Shown one piece after another: positions 57,456 to 64,000 of a stretch of DNA of 64,000 nucleotides. Numbering within the stretch: the stretch's first letter is position 1; each line of letters starts with the position of its first letter. Made by a program: the position numbers and the translations under genes. The DNA lies in NCBI RefSeq assembly GCF_009914755.1, contig NC_060928.1. One strand, written 5' to 3'. The notes under the pieces are model-generated. The model saw only the letters and a list, made by a program, of their open reading frames with translations, was not told where the DNA came from and did not search any database. Source of the stretch: the human T2T-CHM13v2.0 reference genome, Homo sapiens.

Positions 57456-59140
57456 AATGGGATATTCAGTGTGTGTGTATATATATATGAATGGGATATT
57501 CAGTGTGTATATGTATATACACACACACATAGATGTTAATGTATATACACACATCTGTCTATCTGTTGATGGACACTTAACTTGATTCCATATCTCTGCT
57601 ATTGTTTATAGTGCTGCAATAAACATTTGAGTGCAGGTATCTTTTTGATATATTGATTTCCTTTCATTTGGGGAGATACCCAGTAGTGGGACTGCTGGAT
57701 GGAATGGTAGTTCTATTTTTAGTTCCTTGAGAGCTAAATACTATTTTCCATAGAGGTTGTACTAATTTACATTCCTCCCAGCAGTTTACAAGTGTTTCTC
57801 TGTATTCTGACATCTGTTATTTTTAAAAAATCTTTTTCATAATCATTATTCTGACTGAGATAAGGTGATATCTCATATTGTTTTAATTGGCACTTCTCTG
57901 ATTATTAATGATGTTGAAAATTTTTTCTTATGCCTTTTGGTAATTTGTGTGTTTTCTTCAGAAAAAAATGTCTATTCATGTCTATGTATGTTTTTGCCCA
58001 ATTTTTAATGGGATTAAGATATTTTTTCCTGTTGAATAGTTAGAGTTCCTTGTATGTTCTGGATATTAGTTCCTTGTTGGATGAAGAGTTTGAAAATATT
58101 TTCTCCCATTTTGCGAGTTGTCTGTTTACTCTCCTGATTATTTATTTTGCTGTGCAGAAATATTTTAGTTTATTTAAGTCACTTTTATCTATTTTTGTTT
58201 TGTTGTCTGTGATTTTGAGGTCTTAGCGATAAATTATTTTCCAAGATGAATTTCCAAAAGAATTTTTCCTAGGTTTTCTTCTAGTATTTTTATAGGTTTG
58301 GGTACTATGTTTAAGTCTTTAATCCACCTTGAGTTGTTTTTTTTTTTTTTGTATATGGTGACAGCTAAGGGTCTGGTTTCATTTTTCTGCATGTGTCAAT
58401 CCAGTTATCCCAGAAGCATTTGTTGAAATGAGTGTCCTTCACCCAATGTATGTTCTTGTTGGCTCCCAAAAATCAGTTGTCTGTAAATATTTGGCTTTAT
58501 TTCCAGGTTCTCTATTCTGTTCCACTGCTCTTGGTGTCTATTTTTATACCAGTGTCATTCTGTTTTTATTATTATAAGCCTGTGAAATATAATCTGAAGT
58601 CAGGTAATGTAATGCCTCAAGTTTAGTTCTTTTTGCTTAAGATTGCTTTGGCTATCAAGGCCCTTGTTTTTTTCCATATGAATTTTTGGATGATTTTCTC
58701 TAATTCTGTTAAAAGCGACACTGGTATTTTGATAGGGATTGTATTAAATCTATAGATTGCTTTCGGCAGTGTGGTCATTTTAATAATATTAATGTTTTGC
58801 AATGTGTGAGCATGTTTTTTCATTTGTTTGTGTCATCTACAATTTTTTTCATCAGTGTTTGGTAGTTTTCCATGAGGAGATCTTCCACTTCCTTGGTAAA
58901 ATGTATTCCTAGATATTTAATTTTTTGGATTTATTATAAATAAGATTGACTTCTTGATTTCATTCTCACCTAGATCAATATTGGTATATAGAAGTGCTAA
59001 TAATTTTTGTGCATTAATTTTTTTATCCTGCAACTTTGCTAAATTCATGTATTAAATCTAAGAGTTTTTTGGTGGAATCTTTAGCTTTTTTTCTAAATAC
59101 AAGATCACATTATTAACAAACAGAGGTAACTTTACTTCTT

Positions 59141-59561
59141 CTACTCTGTTTTTCTTTTTCTTTTTTCTTTTAATTTTTATTTTACATTCTGGGATACATG
59201 TGCAGGATGTGCAGGGTTGTTACATAGGTAAACGTGTGCCATGGTGGTTTGCTGCACCTATCAACCCATCACACCTAGGTATTAAGCCCAGCATGAATTA
59301 GCTATTTTTCCTAATGCTCTCCTTCCCCCCAGCCCACCTCTTGACAGGCCCCAGTGTGTATTGTTCCCCTCCCTGTGTCCATGTGTTCTCATTATTCAGC
59401 TACCGTTATAAGTGAGAACATGCAGTGTCTAGTTTTCTGTTCCTGCCTTAGTTTTCTGAGGATAATGGCTTCCAGCTCCATCTATGTTGCAAACAGACAC
59501 ATAGACCAATGGAACAGAATAGAGAATTCAGAAATAAGACTGGACATCTACAACCATCTGA
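59141..59561 (-). mobile_element. Short L1PA8/10-like insertion: antisense 3' end to 59490 plus 71-bp sense ORF2 piece 59491-59561
   Basis: TSD ACTTCTT at 59134-59140 and 59562-59568; host L1 resumes afterwards. Confidence 0.85.
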
Positions 59562-60183
59562 ACTTCTTTTCAATTTGGATGTCTTTTCTTTTTTGATCTT
59601 TCCTGATTGCTCTGGCTAGGATTTCTAATACTATGAACAGGATTGGTGAAATTGTGAATCCTTAAACATGCTCGTGAATGATCAGTGGGTCAGTGATGAA
59701 ATTAAGATGGAAATGTAAAATAATTAAAATAAATGAAAACTGAAATACGACATACCAAAGCCTGTGGAAAACAGCAAAAGTATTGTTAACTGGGAAGTTT
59801 ACAGCACTAAATGTCTACATCAAAAAAGTAGAAAGGTTACAATTTAACAACCAAATGATGCACCTCAAGGAACTAGAAAAAGCAAGAGCAAACTAAACCC
59901 AAAATTACAGAAAACAAGAAATGACAAAGGTCAGAGCAAAACTAACCAAGAAGAGAGAAGACCCAAATAAAATCAGAAATGAAAAGGAGACTGATACCAC
60001 AGAAATACAAAAGATCATTAGAGACTATCATGAACAAATACATGCTGAAACACTACAAGACCTAGAGAAAATGAATCAATTCCTGGTAACATACAACCTT
60101 CCAAGACTGAACCAGAAATAGAAAGCCTGAAGGGACCAAAAACAAGTAGTAAGATTGTATTAGTAATTAAAAAAAAATCCCAG

Positions 60184-60478
<295 letters not shown>

Positions 60479-61764
60479 TCCCAACACAGCAAAGCCCAGG
60501 ACCAGACAGATTCATAGGCAACTTCTACCAGCCATACAAAAAAGAACTAATATCAATCCTCCTGAAACTGTTTTAAACAATCAAGGAGGGATTTTTGCCT
60601 AATCATCCTATGAAGCCAGTATCACTCTGATACCAAAACCAGACAAGTATGCTGCAAAGAAAACTAGAGACCAATATCCCTGATGAAAATAGACACCAGA
60701 ATCATTAACAAAATACTAGTAAACAGAATCCAACACACATCAAAAAGATAATGCACCATGATCAAGTGGATTTTATAGCAGGGATGCAAGGATGGTTCAA
60801 CATATGCAAAGCAATAAATGTGACACAGCACATTAATAGAGTAAAGAAAAAAATCACATGATCATTTCAGTAGATGATGAAAAAGTATTGGATAAAATTT
60901 AGCATTGTTTCATGGTAAAAATCCTCAAAAAACTAGGCATAGAGGGAATATACCTCAAAACAATAAATGCTGCATTCAACAAACCCACAGCAAACATCAT
61001 ACTGAACAGAGAAACAGTCATACTGAACTGACTGCTATATTTAATGAACACTCCATCACCTTGCTCTTCTTTCAGCCGCTTATGGACTCATTATTATCTC
61101 ACTTTATGCTTGGCATCTTCTTTATTTTTTGTCTCTATCCTCCTTTAAAATTTTAGTTAGACTTTGTTTGTTTTATTTTTATAAATCTGTTGCCTGGAGC
61201 ATTCCCTGACACATTGTTAAGAGCTAATACACATTTGTTGTATGAATGTGTGAATAAATGGCTTCTTAAATTCTTCATCATTTTGGTTACATTTCTGTTA
61301 TTGATTTCTGTTTTGTTCATGTTTTTGTTAAAATATGGCACGTAAAACTCAGAATTGATCTCTAGATACGGTTAAATTTAAAAAAAGTAGCCCCTCTAAT
61401 TTTCAAGAAAGCTATTAACATTAGGGATTTTTTTTAGTCATGTAACTTACTTGTTTTATATTAATCAGGTATTTATAATCCATATTTTTCCAGCTCATGG
61501 ACTATTGTTAAACCATATCTCCTTAATCCTGTATTTACACAGTGCATTATTATTTTATACATTTCAGGTCATATAAGTTACTGGTTTGTTTTTATCAATG
61601 GCTAGTATAATATTTTAAGTTAGTTTGTCTCATTCTATTTGTTCATTGGGATTTTTAGATAAACTATGATCAATAAATAAAATCTATAAGGGACTTATTT
61701 ACCATATTATAAGATTTTTTATTATTTTGTATATTTACTTTCCCTTCTTTTCTCATATATACAC

Positions 61765-64000
61765 TTTTTTATTTCAATAATTTTTGGGGAACAGGTGACA
61801 TTTAATTACATGAATAACTTCTTTGTTATTTCTGAGATTTTGTTGCACCCATTACCTGAGCAGTGTACACTGTACCCAGTGTGCAGTCTTTTATCCCTCA
61901 CCACCCTCTGACCCTTTTCCCGAGTCCTCAAAATTCCTTGCATAATTCTTATACTTTGCGTCTTCATAGCTTAGCTCCCACATGTGAGTGAGAACATGCG
62001 ATGGTTGGTTTTCCATTCCTGAGTTACTTCACTTAAAATAATGGTCTCCAATTCTATCCAGGTTGCTGCAAATGCCATTATTGCATTCCTTTTTGTGGCT
62101 GAGTAGTATTCCATTCAATTGATGGGTATTTGGGCTGGTTTCATATTTTTGTAATTGCAAATTGAGCTGCTATAAACATGTATGTGTGAGTATCTTTTTT
62201 TTGTACAATGACTTCTTTTCCTCTGGGTAGATGCCTAGGAGTGGAATTGCTGGATTGAATAGTAGATTTATTTTTGGTTCTTTAAGGAATTTCCACACTG
62301 TTTTCCATAGTGGTTTACTAGTTTACATTTCTACCAACAGTGTAAAAGTGTTCCCTTTTCACCATACCCACACCAACATCTATTATATTTTGATTTTTTT
62401 TATTGTGGCCAGTCTTGCAAGAATAAGGTGGTATTGCATTTTAGTCTTGGTTTGCATTTCCCTGACCATTAGTGATGTTCAGCATTTTTTCATATGTTCA
62501 TTGGCCATCTGTACATCATCTTTTGAGAATTTTCTATTCGTGTCCTTAATCCACTTTTTGATGGGATTGTTTGCGTTTTTGTTGCTGATTTGTCTGAGTT
62601 CCTTGTAGATTCTGGATATTAGTCTTTTGTCAGATGTATAGATTGGTTTTTCTCCCACTCTGTGGATTGTCTGTTAACTCTGCTGATTATTTCTTTTGCT
62701 GTGCAAAAGGCTTTTAGTTTAATTAAGTCCCATCTATTTATCTTTGTTTTTATTGCATTTGTTTTGGGGTTCTTGGTCATGAAGAGGTTTTCTGATGTTA
62801 TCTTCTAGATTTTTTGTGGTTTCAGGTCTTAGACTTAAGTCTTTGCTCCAACTTGAATTGATTTTTGTATAGGGTGAGAGATGTGGATCCAGTTTTATTC
62901 TTCTACACGTGGCTTGCCAATTAGCTCAGCACCATTTGTTGATCAGGGTGTCCTTTCCCCATTTTATGTGTTTGTTTGCTTTGCGGAAGATCAGTTGACT
63001 GTAAATATTTGGGTTTATTTATGGGTTCTCTTTTCTGTCCCATTGGTGTATGTGCCTATTTTTATACCAGTGCCATGCTGTTTCGGTGACTATGGCCTTA
63101 TAGTATAGTATGAATTCAGATAATGAAATACCTCCAGATTTTTTCTTTTTGCTTAGTCTTGCTTTGGCTATGTGGGCTCTTTTTGGTTCCATGTGATTTT
63201 TAGGATTTTTTTTTCTAGTTCTGTGAAGAATGATGGTGCTATTTTGATAGGAATTGCATTGAATTTTTAGATTGCTTTTGGCAGTAGAGTCATTTTCACA
63301 GTATTGATTCTGCCCATCTAATAGCATAGGATGTGTTTACATATGTTTGTGTTATCTATGACTACTTTCAGCAGTGTTTTGTAGTTTTCCTTGTAGAGGT
63401 CTTTCCCCTCCTTGGTTAAGTATATTCCTAAGTATTTTGTTTTATTTTTTGCAGCTATCATGAAAGGGCTTGAGTTCTTGACTTGATTCTCAGCTTGGTC
63501 GCTGTTGGTGTATAGCAGTGCTACTGATTTGTGCACATGAATTTTGTATCCCGAAATTTTGCTGAATAAATTTACCAGTTCTGGGAGCTTTTGGGATGAG
63601 TCTTTAGGGTTTTCTAGGTATACAATCTTGTCATCAGCAAACAACAACAGTTTGACTTCCTCTTTACCAATTTGGATGCCCTTTATTTCTTTCTCTTGTC
63701 TGATTGCTTTGGCTAGGACTTCCAGTACTGTGTTGAATAGAAGTGATGAAAGTGGGCATCTTTGTCTTGTTTCAGATCTCAGTGGGGATGCTTTCAACTT
63801 TTCCCCATTCAGTATAATGGCTGTGGGTTTGTCAGAGATGGCCTTTATTACCTAAGGTATTTCCGTTGTATGATGATTTTGCTGAGAGTTTTAGTCCTAA
63901 AGCTGATACTGGGTTTTATCAAATGCTTTTTCTGCATCTATTGAGATAATCGTGTGAGTTTTATTTTTAATTCTGTTTATGTGGTATATCACATTTATTG
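61765..64000 (-). mobile_element. L1PB1/2-like 3' end and ORF2 (continues right of the window)
   Basis: ORF 63318..63797 [20 protein letters not shown]; L1PB-type 3' UTR tttttggggaacaggtg. Confidence 0.93.

Overview
This is AT-rich, CpG-poor primate (most likely human) non-coding DNA, either a gene desert or a deep intron. I found no supportable host exon, RNA gene, CpG island or processed pseudogene. Most of the window is interspersed repeats: many L1 fragments (old L1M to L1PA3-like), about ten Alus, MaLR LTRs (THE1/MST/MLT1), a solo HERV-K(HML-2) LTR5A, a MER57-family LTR, Tigger3, a hAT-Charlie element, MER53, L2 and MIR. The longer listed ORFs are broken L1 ORF2 pieces or chance frames over Alus, LTRs and AT-rich DNA. 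I cannot support a new functional biological system here. The most notable observations are: (i) a decayed Ty3/Gypsy integrase fossil at ~3.3-3.9 kb, invisible in the ORF track, with an old ~117-bp partial duplicate 830 bp downstream; (ii) five L1 insertions with 5'-inversion (twin-priming) architecture; (iii) an apparent 99-nt microhomology-mediated skip at the 5' junction of the youngest L1; (iv) near-perfect inverted repeats at 47.6-47.9 kb; (v) multi-layer nested insertions with readable target-site duplications (TSDs). Subfamily names come from my memory of consensus sequences and need RepeatMasker/Dfam confirmation. Boundaries of old elements are approximate.
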